64,000 nt of DNA from Myxococcota bacterium (GCA_963676915.2 CAXXVK010000072.1:32001-96000), one strand, 5' to 3'. Counted from the stretch's first letter, positions 1 through 12,015 are shown. Notes: a model not told the origin generated them from the sequence alone. Numbers and translations: made by a program.

Positions 1-1
1 C

Positions 2-835
2 GAGGTTCCTGACACTGTATCGGTGACGTTTACCGAACCCGCCTTGGAAGGTTCCGCAATACGGATTTTTCAGAACAAACAGGCCGTGGAACAAGAAGAA
101 GCGGTGTTCGATGGGGGAGGAACGCGCATGACGGTGGCCTTCGAGCCGCTGTCGGAATTCGGCGTATTCGACGTGCTGTACAAAATCGTTCACGAAGGCG
201 GTGAAGAGTCGGGCTATTTCATGTTTTACGTTGAACGTCGGGAATTCGAGGGCGAACGGCTCGATTCCGTGCTGGATTTTCGGGAAAACTCGATCAAAGG
301 ACCGCAGTACGTGGATCTCGAAGGCTTTCGACTGCGGATCGAGGGGCTGGTGGATACGCCACTGGAACTAAGCTACGAAGAGGTTCTGCAAAAAAGCATG
401 TCGCGTCGGGCGGTTACGCTGAACTGTGTCGAAGGCTGGTCGGCGCACGTCCTGTGGGAAGGCATTCCCCTTATGGATCTTCTCAATGAGGCGGGCATTC
501 AAGCGGATGCCGTCACGGTGATTTTCCAGTCCTACGACGACTATACGACCTCTGTATCGTTAAACTATCTTGAGGAACAAGACCTGATGTTGGCCTATGC
601 CATGAACGACGTTTCGCTCCCTGCCATGCGCGGATTTCCTTTCCATGTGGTCGCCGAAGATAAATGGGGCTACAAGTGGGGCAAATGGGTGTATCGGATT
701 ATTCTCTCCGACGATTCCGATTACCGTGGGTTCTGGGAATCCTACGGTTACAACCAGAACGGCGACCACGACGGCCCGATTTTCGACAAGCGCAAGCGGG
801 CGAATGTTATTCCTTATTGCGGTCATTTCGAATAG
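2..835 (+). CDS. Molybdopterin-dependent oxidoreductase (sulfite oxidase/MsrP-like) with an N-terminal CopC-like Ig-fold domain; 5' partial
   Basis: The frame is open from base 2. It carries Oxidored_molyb motifs TLNCVEGWS (Mo-ligand Cys), WEGIPL, LAYAMND, RGFPF and KWGYKWGKWV. The N-terminal PDTVSVTFTEP...SAIRI...GVFDVLYKIV...GYFMFYV pattern resembles CopC. Confidence 0.75.
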   Translation, partial: EVPDTVSVTFTEPALEGSAIRIFQNKQAVEQEEAVFDGGGTRMTVAFEPLSEFGVFDVLYKIVHEGGEESGYFMFYVERREFEGERLDSVLDFRENSIKGPQYVDLEGFRLRIEGLVDTPLELSYEEVLQKSMSRRAVTLNCVEGWSAHVLWEGIPLMDLLNEAGIQADAVTVIFQSYDDYTTSVSLNYLEEQDLMLAYAMNDVSLPAMRGFPFHVVAEDKWGYKWGKWVYRIILSDDSDYRGFWESYGYNQNGDHDGPIFDKRKRANVIPYCGHFE

Positions 836-1046
836 GGTTTCGCGTGTGACCAAATCTCTTCCATACATCTAAACGATTCAGGAATTCATCAAGCCGTCGG
901 GTAAATTTCTTGCATGACCTCAACCCGCCTTGGTTGCACTAATATCCATAAAGTCACTTGACATGATAGATTTCATATTTACTGTAAGAATGTAGATAGT
1001 AAAACAAAATTAGGCAATAAAAACTATCTGGTTCCATTGAAATCTC

Positions 1047-4007
1047 ATGGTTGGCACCAAGCGCCATTTCCCGATGGGGGACATCATGTCGCAAAACAAC
1101 ACCAAATCACAAAAAAACGCTTCACCGCCCCCCGTTTCTCCTGGAAACAGGGTCGTGGCCATCGATGTGCAATCACCTGAAGGTGAATTGCTGGAACTGT
1201 ACTGCTACGAGCGGGACGACTGGCTTGCTACCTACAAGCCTCGCATCGAGGAAATGCAATATGCCGTCGTTGGAATGTCTTTCGAGGACACTCCGGGAGG
1301 GCGAGAGCATTTGCGGGAACGTTTTAGTGAATCCTCCATGGCGGCTTTTAATGCTTCTCAGGTTTCAAAGGAAGATGAGAAAGAGGATGACGAAAACGTT
1401 GTCTTGGAACTTCAAGAAGTCCCCGAAAAAACCGAGGAGATTGAAGAGGTTGCAGCGTATTCATCCGCATCCCAAGCGCGCTATGAAAAGCAAACGGAGG
1501 TAAAGGAGGCACCGAAACGGCAGGCTTCCGAAAACCGAGCTTCAAATTCCGTTTCCGACACCGGAAAGAGTCGAAAACAACCGGTCAGTGCTCCTACCAA
1601 GTCTCTTAAAGCTACGAAACCTCTGCAGGTTGTTCAAAAAACTACAGAAACGGATACGGTGCATCCGGTCTGGCAAAATCCGGCAGATGAGCGGACCCGT
1701 GAGGTGACGCAGGTGATTCGTCGAATCAACGAAGCCGGCAACAAAGGATTTGCAGCGAAAATGCCCTTGCCGTTACGGCTTTTTACGTCGTTCTGGATCT
1801 CTCCGAAATCCTTTGCCCGAGAGGTTCAAGCCCGTCTCGGCGTGGGGAAAAAGTGGGAGATTTCGTTGCTTTTTCTGTTGGCATTGGCTGGAATTCCCCT
1901 GATGCTCGGCGGTGTGGCGTTTAATCCTGAGCTGTTCGTTTACCTTCAGATATCTCCATTAACGGCAAGTCTTCCCGTTTCGGACTTCTTGCATTGGTCG
2001 ATGGCTCACCCTTGGCCTGTGATTGTCGATCAGGTTGTGACGATTCTGGCTCTGAGCGTCGTTTTCCACATTCTTCTAAGTGTGTTGGGGAACACGACTC
2101 CTGCTCTGGTAACGTTTTTACTCGTCGGTCTTGCCAGATCCATGTATCTCGTCACTGTGGTCGGGTTGGCCTGGTTTGTCGATTCGTATTCCTTGGGATT
2201 TCAACTGGTTGTCATCCTTACATTGGGAATGCTCGGTCTGTGGAAATTGGCGCGAGCCTTTGTAAACGGTCTGGATGTGCAGATCAACAAACTGTTCGTG
2301 TCGGTTTTCGTTTTTGCTCTTGTCGTGGCGGCTAGCGTTCCTATGGCGACAACGAGCCTCCCTTGGCAGCAGTTGAAGGAAAGTCTTTTCCGCAACAGCG
2401 GTTTACAGGGCAATCTCGACATGGTGAAAACGCTGATTCAAGCTTCGCGAAATACCGAAAACCGCCAACGTCTCGAAACGGCGCTTGTGTCGCAGCGAGA
2501 TAGTATTACGGATCTCGGTCTCGAAAACTACCTGCCCCTCAACCTGAATGCAGAGCACATCGGCGAATTGTTGGATGCCTACGATTCCGAAACAGCGAAA
2601 GCCAGGCAAAAGGAACTGCAAGAAATGCTGGGGTATGTGGAAGGCTTGACGGACGACCGTTCTCCCGAAGGCTGGCAGGCGGATCTCCCGGTAGAGGAAG
2701 GCACGAATAAGTTGCTGGCACTGCTCGAAGAGCGACATCCCGAGTTGAAAAAAGACTATGAAACCTTGATGGCTTCTTCCCAGGGTATGCAAAAGCGACA
2801 AGCTAAAAATGCATTGGTCGAAAAGATTTTGGCCCTCGATGACCTGCAAGGATTCCGACCGGCGACCATGAAAGTCATTGGCGTGATCGTGATGGGGAAC
2901 AATATAGATGCAGGTCAAAAAGGAGCATTTCAGTTTAGTTTGTGCAAAACCGTGTCCGATCGGGGGACCAGGAACGTCGGCACGCCTTCGAAAGTTTTGT
3001 GGAATTTCGACTACCGATACGAGGGATTTATTGCGGATCGGGAGGCGGGGTTGTCTGAAAGTGTCGAGCATCGCTGGACGGTTCCGGGCAAATATATCGT
3101 TGCAGCGAGAATCATTACGGATTCCGGTGCGTTAAGTCAGATTGTCACCCAAAACGTCGTTGTGAAGCCGGTCTTGAAACTTCAAACGGAACGTCTGGTT
3201 GTGTTTTCGTTGGATGATCAACCCTTGGAGATGCAATGGTCGTTCGTTCAGCAGAAAGGTAACCCGGACGAGTACACGCTTGAAATCGATAAGAATTTCC
3301 GAAAATTCTTCACGACGGATCTTTCAGTCTCCAATCAGTTGACGGCGAATATCGCACCGGAAAAGGAAGGCGTTTTCACGGTAGCGGCTCGTGTTCGATT
3401 GCCGGATGGAAAAGTGGGAGATGTCGAGCGAATCACGTTGGTTTCAGGTGTTGAATCCGTCAAACGCTGGATCGAGCGACAGGGACCGTTTACAGCGGGA
3501 CAGCCTGCCACGATCTATCCGCTGGTGGATGCGAACACCGACTTCGTGGATTGGGATCTGGACTATCGAAACGGAATTTTCACGAAAAACGAGCAGACGA
3601 TGGCCCAGGAAGCCCTGACCCACGTTTTTCGTTATCCTGGAACCTATTCTCTGGCAACACGCACAGGTGGGTCTCCCGACGTGCATTCGTTCTCGATTCG
3701 AGTAAAAGAAGCGGAACCGGAAGTCAGTATTCGCGAGTGGTCGCTCGGGCGGAACGATCCAAGCAAGAAAATTGCTCTGACTGCCGAATGCAGCGGTTCG
3801 AAGAAGCGAGGGGATTTCTCGCTCCAATGGGATACATCGTATGATGGTAGAACGTTTCAGGGAGAGAAGCAGTGGACCAGTAAGGAGCCTTTGACGGTCG
3901 AAAGACCGGATCGGGGTGAAAAACTGATAGCCGCTCGCTGTGTCGATTCCGATGGCGTGGAAGGTCCGCTGAACCTGTATCGTGTGGCGGCATGCCCGAT
4001 GTTCTGA
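1047..4007 (+). CDS. Large membrane protein: disordered N-terminus, about 5-6 TM Yip1-like segment, coiled region, C-terminal PKD-like beta domains
   Basis: 986-aa ORF with hydrophobic helices around aa 270-435. Three WDxDYxxG-F-type motifs (WNFDYRYEGF, WDLDYRNGIF, WDTSYDGRTF) occur, two followed by H-x-W/F-x-x-PG-x-Y, typical of PKD domains. Confidence 0.6.
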   Translation: MVGTKRHFPMGDIMSQNNTKSQKNASPPPVSPGNRVVAIDVQSPEGELLELYCYERDDWLATYKPRIEEMQYAVVGMSFEDTPGGREHLRERFSESSMAAFNASQVSKEDEKEDDENVVLELQEVPEKTEEIEEVAAYSSASQARYEKQTEVKEAPKRQASENRASNSVSDTGKSRKQPVSAPTKSLKATKPLQVVQKTTETDTVHPVWQNPADERTREVTQVIRRINEAGNKGFAAKMPLPLRLFTSFWISPKSFAREVQARLGVGKKWEISLLFLLALAGIPLMLGGVAFNPELFVYLQISPLTASLPVSDFLHWSMAHPWPVIVDQVVTILALSVVFHILLSVLGNTTPALVTFLLVGLARSMYLVTVVGLAWFVDSYSLGFQLVVILTLGMLGLWKLARAFVNGLDVQINKLFVSVFVFALVVAASVPMATTSLPWQQLKESLFRNSGLQGNLDMVKTLIQASRNTENRQRLETALVSQRDSITDLGLENYLPLNLNAEHIGELLDAYDSETAKARQKELQEMLGYVEGLTDDRSPEGWQADLPVEEGTNKLLALLEERHPELKKDYETLMASSQGMQKRQAKNALVEKILALDDLQGFRPATMKVIGVIVMGNNIDAGQKGAFQFSLCKTVSDRGTRNVGTPSKVLWNFDYRYEGFIADREAGLSESVEHRWTVPGKYIVAARIITDSGALSQIVTQNVVVKPVLKLQTERLVVFSLDDQPLEMQWSFVQQKGNPDEYTLEIDKNFRKFFTTDLSVSNQLTANIAPEKEGVFTVAARVRLPDGKVGDVERITLVSGVESVKRWIERQGPFTAGQPATIYPLVDANTDFVDWDLDYRNGIFTKNEQTMAQEALTHVFRYPGTYSLATRTGGSPDVHSFSIRVKEAEPEVSIREWSLGRNDPSKKIALTAECSGSKKRGDFSLQWDTSYDGRTFQGEKQWTSKEPLTVERPDRGEKLIAARCVDSDGVEGPLNLYRVAACPMF

Positions 4008-4020
4008 GGTTCTATACGGC

Positions 4021-6787
4021 TCAACTTTCGGTCAGATCCAGTATGTCCCGGATGGTTTTGGCAAGTTTGATCGGTGTAAAAGGTTTGTTGATGAAGTTTA
4101 CGCCTTCGTCGAGAACACCGTGATTGGAGATGATATTCTCCGAGTATCCCGAGTTGAACAGCACTTTGATATCAGGACGTAGTAAAAGAACTTTCTGCGC
4201 CAGTTCCTGGCCGGTCATGCCCGGCATGATCACATCCGTAAGCAGCAAGTCGATCGGATCGCCGAACGAACGGATAGCCTCAAGCGCCGAGGGACCGTCT
4301 TCGTAAGCTTTTACGTTATAACCGATTCGTTTAAGGATTTGAAACGTCACGTCTCTCACGATCTGCTCATCCTCAACGAGAAAAATCGTCTCGTTTCCTC
4401 CCGGAAGCTGCTGACGTTCGAGTTTTCTGGGCTTTTTCTGTTGTTCGCCGGAAGAAATCCTTGGGAAATAAAGCTTGAACTGAGTGCCTTCATCGATTTT
4501 CGAGGAAACGAGGATCGAACCGTGGTTTTGTCGGACGGCTCCGAAAACGATCGACAAGCCAAGACCGGTGCCTTCTCCCTTCTTTTTCGTTGTGAAGAAC
4601 GGTTCGAAGATCTGCGTTAATGCTTTTTCGGGAATTCCGGTTCCTGTATCTTGAACGAGCAACATCACGTAAGATCCCGGTTTTAAATCGATTTTCTGCT
4701 CGCAAAACGCCTCGTCCAACTCTACGTTCGAAGTTTCAATGGTGATGCTTCCCCCTAAAGGCATGGCATCGCGGGCATTGACGACGAGATTCATGACGAT
4801 CTGCTCGATCTGGGATGTATCGGCTTTGATATCGCCCAGACTTTCCGATGGCAGGAACTCGACGGTGACATCCTCCCGCACCATCGGCTTGATCATCGCA
4901 AGCATGTTTCTCAAAAGGTCGTTGAGGTTGAAGACTTTCGGTTTGTTCGCCTGTTTGCTAGTGAACATCAAGAGTTGGCGGACCAGCTTCGTAGCGCTTT
5001 GGGTTTCGTATTGGATGTCTTTCAGGAGGTCCAGTAGAGACGGATCGATATCGTTATCCATCAGAGCCAGTTCTACGTTGCCTGAAATGCCTGTCAAAAG
5101 ATTGTTGAAATCGTGAGCCACACCTCCCGCAAGCCGGCCAATGGATTCCATTTTCTGGGATTGGAAAAGCTGCTCTTCGAGCTTGGCTTTTTCTTCGAGA
5201 GATTTTTTTCTTTCGGTAATGTCCCGAACGGCAGCCAACACGACTTTTGTTTTCCCTGTGTCGTCCAATTCCGGGACCATTCGCACATCGAACCATCGTC
5301 CGTCCGGGGCTTGGTATTCGAGGGAATAATGCTCTCCCATCGCGAAAACGGTCTCGATGGCACGGTCCCATTGGTCGATGACGTGTTCGGGAAATCCTAA
5401 TTCACGCTGGCTTTTTCCAATAAACGCTTCGATATCCCAATAACTTTGGTTCGCTCCCGCCGGGTTGATGAAAAGGTGTCTATGTGCCCGAATCGAATCG
5501 GATAATGACATCCGGCGAATGGTCAACCAAGGCTCGGTAGGATTCTTCTCTTTCTTTGAGAGCTACAATGGCACGTTTCGCCTCGGAAATGTCTTCGAAA
5601 AGTGTGGCGAACGATCCTTTGGACGGGCAAATGGCCCTGATTCTGAAGTATTTATCCAGAGGTGGAAAATAGATCTCGAATTGTTTGGGCTCTCCTGTTG
5701 TGGCAACGGTTCGATACTCGTCGAAAAAAGGAGGTGGGTTCGTTTGATATAAAACGGTCGCTTTCTCACCAACCGCCTGTTTTCTGGAAATTCCCAGAAT
5801 CCTTTCGAAAGCCGGGTTTACATCGATGATACGATAGTCCACCGCTTCACCCGTTTCGCTGTAAATAAGGTCGTGCAGCGCCATTCCTTCGTTCATGTTT
5901 TCAAAAAGTTGCCGGTACTTTCTCTGAGTTACGGATAAATTGTCGAAGGATCGGTGCTTGGTAATCAGCAAGCCGGTCTGACAGGTAATGGTTTCCAAGG
6001 CACATCGCGCCGAAGGGGCAATGGTTAGACGTTCGTGCGATGCAACGTGAATGGAGCCGAAAACCTGGCCGTCGCAGACGATTGGTATGACAGCGAGACT
6101 TTGCAAGCCTTCGTTTTCAAAATCTGTTGTAACGGCTTCCTGTAGTTGATTGCTCTCGTAATAAATGGGGGTTTCTTTCAGGATCATCCCGATTCGCTCG
6201 TGGCCTTTATCGTAATATTTTACCGATTCTACAAAGTGATCCGATAACCCTTTGGAATATTTCAAATCGGCACAGCCCGTTTCAGGATCGATCAGGTACA
6301 AACCGCCGCAATCCATGGAAGAAACTTCGATGGCACGGTTCAGACAGAGGTGAAGAATGTCATCGATTCCATTGGCCCGCGACAATTCGGTGAAAAAGGA
6401 TCGTTTGATTTCAAGGATGCGTTCGGCCTGCTTGTGTTCGGTGATGTCTTGACCGATTCCGAGAATGCCGGAAAAACCGTCGATTTCAAACCCGGCTGGT
6501 TGCAATTTCCAGGAAACCAGAATGTTTTCGCGGTTTCCTGTTCGGCTGGAGATGTCCCCTCGCCATTGGGAGGTTTGATCCCAGTGTTCTCGAATAGAAG
6601 GTAGAATGTCGCTGTTGGAGAAGAACCCGAACGATTGGTTTTCCACTTCGTTCCGAGGGATGCTATATAGCTTTTCCGCCGTTTTGTTCCAGAAAACGAT
6701 CCGAAACGATTCGTCGAGCAATGCGACGGCATCGGGTAGCGAATCGAGCAAAGAGAAAACGGCACGGCTGCCCCAAAAAACAGACAT
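4021..6787 (-). CDS. PAS/GAF hybrid sensor histidine kinase-response regulator (split by one frameshift near 5487-5489)
   Basis: ORFs 5480..6883 and 4021..5526 join if one G of the GGG run is removed (…VIIRFDSAHRHLFINP…). Motifs: H-box GGVAHDFNNLL, N-box NLVVNARDAM, G-boxes DTGTGI and GTGLGL, receiver LLLTDVIMP. The RBS AGAGG precedes ATG 6787. Confidence 0.85.
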
Positions 6788-7120
6788 ATATGCCTCTATT
6801 GATTCGTGTACTCTTTCACCTAACATACAAGTATAAAGAAAAATAATATCTTGTCCATGATATATTCGCCTGAATTTAGTCATTGAAAATACTCTTATGG
6901 GTTTAAATAAGGACTGTTGCTATGTTTGTTATCTGGCGATATTTAGATATTGGTCGAACTTATGATCTGTATTTATATAAATTGTGAAAAAATCAAGAAG
7001 TTGCAACTTGTTCAGATGATTTTTCATGTCTGTTCGTCGTTGACAGGGAATGTCGAACGCGGTACAAGCTCTGGCTCATGGAGGCGTTTTTTCGAAACAT
7101 TTTTCGTTAAAGGCACGATA

Positions 7121-7801
7121 ATGGGACTCTTCAACAAAACTTCCGACACTTCTCGTCCGCGAATTTTTCAAATCGGTTTCAATCGTTGCGGCACCAAGTC
7201 CTTTACGCATTTTTTCGAACAAAACGGACTGAAAGCGGTGCATTGGAGAGGCGGTGCCTTGGCAGCAGGAATCGAAGTGGCGCGTCGTGAAGGCAAACCG
7301 TTGCTGACGTACATGGACGACTACGACGTGTATTTGGATATGGAAAAAATCAATGTAGCCGCGTTGGCGCAAAAATGGCTGAAAAAGCCGATTTTTTACC
7401 GCTTGCTGCATTTGTTGAAAGACGAAAGCGAACGGGTTCCGATTTATGCCGCTCGGTATTTCAAGGAGTTGGACGCACAATATCCCGGCAGCAAATTCAT
7501 TCTCAACACGCGTGACGTGGACCGCTGGGCGGCCAGCCGTCTTCGTTTCAACGACCAAAAATATCGTTCCTGCCGCCATGGCGATCGTGTACATGCCACG
7601 GAAGAAGAACTGGTCGCCTGTTGGAAAGAGGAATGGGCCGAACATCACGCCGAGGTTCTGGACTATTTCAAGGATCGTCCCAAGGATCTGCTCGTTTTCA
7701 ACATCGAAAAGGATACGGTTGATAAAATCATCGCGTTTTTCGAGGAAAGAAATTTCGATCCACAGCACTGGGGGCGCTTGAATCAAACAGCTCCGAAATA
7801 A
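7121..7801 (+). CDS. Sulfotransferase family protein (Sulfotransfer_4-like)
   Basis: 5'-PSB motif IFQIGFNRCGTKS and 3'-PB region YPGSKFILNTRDVDRWAASR. Confidence 0.8.
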   Translation: MGLFNKTSDTSRPRIFQIGFNRCGTKSFTHFFEQNGLKAVHWRGGALAAGIEVARREGKPLLTYMDDYDVYLDMEKINVAALAQKWLKKPIFYRLLHLLKDESERVPIYAARYFKELDAQYPGSKFILNTRDVDRWAASRLRFNDQKYRSCRHGDRVHATEEELVACWKEEWAEHHAEVLDYFKDRPKDLLVFNIEKDTVDKIIAFFEERNFDPQHWGRLNQTAPK

Positions 7802-7865
7802 GCAAACAATGCGATTTTGTTGATATTGTTACATATTTGTCATGGTTTGTTCGTATTTGGAACGA

Positions 7866-8720
7866 TCAGACCATGGTGTCCACGTACATGCTGATATCCA
7901 CCCAGTCGGCCCCGTGGGTGAGGTTTCCAACCGACAGGAAATCTACGCCGGTTTCCGCATAATCCTTGATGGTTTCCAGCGTGATACCGCCGGATGCCTC
8001 GGTGAATACGGTAGCGGGGATGACCTCTAGCGCCTGCTTGATCTGTTCGGGAGTCATGTTGTCCAGCAACAGACCTTCGGCCCCGGCCTGGATCGCCTCC
8101 TCGACTTCTTCCAAGTTGGTGACTTCGACCTCGATCCGTACCAGGTGATGAATTCCTGCACGAACCCGACGCACAGCCATGGTGATTCCTCCGGCGGCTC
8201 GGATGTGGTTTTCTTTCAACAACACGCCATCGAACAGTCCGTGCCGGTGATTTCCCCCTCCACCGATGAACACGGCGTATTTTTCCAGGCTGCGCCATCC
8301 GGGATTGGTTTTACGGGTATCGATCAGCCTTGTTTGGGTATGCACGATCCGAGAAGTATACGAGCGCACGTGCGTAGCGATGCCGGAGAGTCTTTGAAGA
8401 AAATTCAATGTCAAGCGCTCGCCGGTCAGCAGAGTCCGTGCCCTGCCTTTGAGACGAACCAGGGTTGTTCCCGCCGCGCAGGGCTGACCTTCTTTCATCA
8501 GAAACAGCAGTTCGACATCTCCGGGGCTGCCGACTTCATTGAAACAAGCCTGGATCAAGGGACCACCACAAAAGACGAGATCCTGTTTGGCGATGATTCG
8601 CGCCGTTGCCGTAGAATCCGCCGACACGCTACCCAGGGTTGTGATGTCGGCATAGCCAACGTCCTCTTCAATCGCCAGTTTCAACAGGTTGTGAAAAGCC
8701 AACATGGAAAGTTCCATCAT
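7866..8720 (-). CDS. nadC: Nicotinate-nucleotide diphosphorylase (carboxylating)
   Basis: GERLTLNFLQRLSGIAT, DTRKTNPG, GGGNHRHGL, LKENH, LLDN and EASGGI motifs. Confidence 0.96.
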   Translation of the reverse strand: MMELSMLAFHNLLKLAIEEDVGYADITTLGSVSADSTATARIIAKQDLVFCGGPLIQACFNEVGSPGDVELLFLMKEGQPCAAGTTLVRLKGRARTLLTGERLTLNFLQRLSGIATHVRSYTSRIVHTQTRLIDTRKTNPGWRSLEKYAVFIGGGGNHRHGLFDGVLLKENHIRAAGGITMAVRRVRAGIHHLVRIEVEVTNLEEVEEAIQAGAEGLLLDNMTPEQIKQALEVIPATVFTEASGGITLETIKDYAETGVDFLSVGNLTHGADWVDISMYVDTMV

Positions 8721-8846
8721 TCGTTCCTTGTGTCGTTCGACCGGTGGTGAACCTCCGGCAATGTCCCCTATTTCAAGTAGTTACGATACGAATTCGAACG
8801 GCTCCCTACAGGAGTGCAGACTATTTTAGCAGGAATCTGGTTAAAA

Positions 8847-10362
8847 TTAAATTTTTATATACTTCCATTTGCCTTCCCACCATTTCCAACCGAGGATCAA
8901 GCAAAGGATGGTGATATACAACGCGCCGGCGGCCCAAGTTCCAACCATGCCCAATTCGAAAACGATTCCGAACAGATAGGCCAACGGAACCAGGCAAACC
9001 ATATGCAGCGTCATCTCCACATACATCACGAAGCGCGTATTACCTGCTCCGAATAAAGATTGCATAAAGACCAGTGCCGAAGCCACCATGAAATTGATAC
9101 CACCAAGAAGGCGCATCGTGTTCATGCTGGCATCGATGACCGGTTGTTTGTCGGTGAACAGTCCAAGGAAAAACGCGGGGAAGATGGCTTCGAGAACGCC
9201 TAAGCTCCCCATCAGCAGGCAGGCGATTCGCACCGATTCCCAGCCGTATTGTGCGGCTTTTTTCGGCTCGTTTCGTCCCAGCGACTGACTGACCAACGTA
9301 GCCGTAGCCGTCCCCTGCGCCATCGCGGCCATAAAGGAGATGGACATCAGATCCACGATAATTTTGCTACCCGCAGTAAACAGCGGCATCCGCATTTCGG
9401 CTTTGATCGCTTCAAGGTGAGGCAGCGAATCGAAAAACAGGGATGGGATTCCCTGGGCGGCAAATCCTCCCAGCGACTGTTGGGTTTGTGCCGCCAGTGC
9501 TTTGGCTTGATCCAGAGGAAACGAAGCCAGCCACATGTTGTGATCGACGATACCCATGATTTTCAGAAACATCAGGAAACCGGACATTACGAAAATCGTT
9601 GCGATTCCACCTGGAAGACTCAGACGGACGACTTCTTTCATGATGTAGCCGTCCCAGTTTTTCAGACGGTAAATCGGGTAAAGACGCCGAATCGAAGGAA
9701 TCATACTCCAGCCGACCACAATGGCCAGGCCGATGAAACTGGAAATCATCGATCCGATACCCGCACCAAGCACCCCCAGCTCGGGAAATCCCCAGATACC
9801 GAAAACCAGTAGGAAATTCAAACCGATATTGAGGGCGTTCATCACGATGCTCGCCACCATCGCCACGTAGGTTTTGCCCAGTCCGTCGAAAAACGCCTTT
9901 GTAAACCTGGGTCAACACCATAGCGGTTACGGCGGCAAACCTTGTTTGTGCATAGGGCACGCCGTGCTTGATGACTTCGGGATTGTCGTTGAAAAAGGGA
10001 AAGATCACCGGAACGAGCAAGACCATAACCACGCCAGCGGTAATGGAAAGAATCGTTCCCAATGTTGCCGAATTCATAAGGACTTTCGCGGCCCTGCGCG
10101 GATTTCCTTCCCCGTAGCGGCGGGCGGTCATCGCCTGCGTGCCGACGTTCAACGCCGATAAAAAGCCGCCGACCGCCCAGAAAAGCGGGATCGTGATGCC
10201 GATAGCCGCCATTCCCGCCACGGACACGACCGGATCGGAGATTCGGCCCACCATAATCGTATCGGCGAGGTTGACCATGGTCTGGAACAACATCCCGGTC
10301 ACAACGGGCACTGCCAGCTTCATGATGTCTTTCGAGAGGTTTTTGTCCAGCCAAAGTCGCAA
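8847..10362 (-). CDS. MATE family efflux transporter (frameshift near 9898-9900)
   Basis: LAVPV...NLADTIMVGR and ARRYGEGN in the N-half; LVSQSLGRN and GAGNTRF in the C-half. The two ORFs join by removing one base of a T3 run (…YKAFFDGLGKT…). The TTG start at 10362 follows GGGAG. Confidence 0.85.
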
Positions 10363-10644
10363 TGATCGCTCCCGCTGCAAGAATCCACAAGGTCGAGGTA
10401 CCTTATACCAATTCACTTCGTGGCTCAAGCAAAGTGATGGTTTGTTTTGGGGTAGAATTTTTCTTAGGGAAGAGGGCGTCTTCGATAGAACTGCCACACT
10501 TTTACATTTCATCTCCATCCGATCATTACCTGAAATTTTCCCTTTGATTTTTCTTGAAACAATGTAACTGTTTGAAACAATGAGACAAACTCTTGTCAGT
10601 GAGAATTGAACCGTAATAGAAACGAGCGTGAAGGAGTACCACGC

Positions 10645-11949
10645 ATGGGAATAGAGCAAACGTTTCAAGAAGCCCTGCAAAACTCTCCGGCTTTGGCCTT
10701 TCTAATGGTCTATCTTGCTGGAATCGCTACGAGTTTCACTCCTTGCGTGCTTCCCGTGTTGCCAATGGCCGTTGGAACCATCACCTCCAGCGCTCAGACC
10801 ACGAAAGAAACCCCGGAAGGTCCGGTGCAGGAAATCCGCCTGGTCCGAGCACTGATCATGGGACTGGTCTATGCCTCCGGTCTGGCCTCGATGTTCGCCG
10901 GGTTGGGAATTTTGGCAGCCCTTTCGGGAAAAGCGATCTTCGGATTGCTGGCCTCGTCGCCCATTACCTATCTCGTTATGGCGGTAATCGTCTTCGGGTT
11001 GGGGCTTTGGTTGATCAAGGGCGACAAAATCGACCCCGGTGCGTTTTTGCAGAATCGAGCCATGCGCACGACCGAAGGCGGCGGACCATTGAGTCGAATC
11101 GTCCGCTGGTACATGATGACCCCCGGAGGAGGCATCATCACAACCTTTGCCTTTGGTGCGGTTTCGGGACTCATTGCCGGTCCCTGCACGGCTCCGGTAA
11201 TCGCTCTCGTGCTGGGTTACGTCGCCAAACAGGGGGCAGTAGCCTACGGGGCGTCGCTGATGTTCGTTTTCGGCTTGGGACTGGCAACATTGATGATCGT
11301 AGCGGGTTTGAGCATGGGTCTTGCGCGGTCTCTTGCCCGACAAGGTAGCCTTGCTCAGAGTATCAAATACGGTATGGCGGGAATCATGTTCCTGATGTCC
11401 GGTTATTTCCTCTATGTTGCAGGCGATAATTTTGGGTTATGGGCCGATGACAGCGCCCCCACCCAAGCCGCCGTTTTTACAAAGTCGCAAACATTCCCGA
11501 AGATGGAGTTCCAGCGGAAAAAGCCCCTGGAGGTCGGACAAAACGTTGCCGGATTTCTCGTGGACGGACGGTCAACGCACCGAGCGTTTCAGCGATCTGA
11601 AAGGCAAGGTGGTCTTCATCACGTTTTGGGGAGAATGGTGCGCCGAATGCAAAGAAGAGATCCCCGATATCCGCAAAATGGAACAGGCCACCCGTGAAAA
11701 TCCCCGCATTCGTATTTTTATCCATCAATGTAATGGACCCAGAAGAAGCGAAGGCGCGGGCGTTTATCGCCGAGAAAAAGTTGCCCTACGATGTCGTTCT
11801 CGACCCGGAAAGCGACCTGATCGATCGCCTCGAAGCTACGGCTTTCCCCTGGAACATGATCATAGGACCAGACGGCCAAGACGGCATATTCCTCACGGAA
11901 ATTTCCATCGGATTACATGAAACGCTTCGAAAATCTCCTGAAAAACTAA
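10645..11949 (+). CDS. CcdA/DsbD-type thiol:disulfide transporter fused to a TlpA-like thioredoxin domain (three apparent frameshifts)
   Basis: SFTPCVLP and GPCTAPV membrane cysteines are followed by KGKVVFITFWGEWCAECKEEIP. Removing single extra bases at 11540-43, 11702-05 and about 11876 gives one frame ending …FENLLKN*. Confidence 0.8.
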
Positions 11950-12015
11950 CACCTTCCGAGTTTCGGTGGGTGAAACGGGGAAGGTGTCGTTAAAAGCTAT
12001 ATCGAAAGGTATGGC

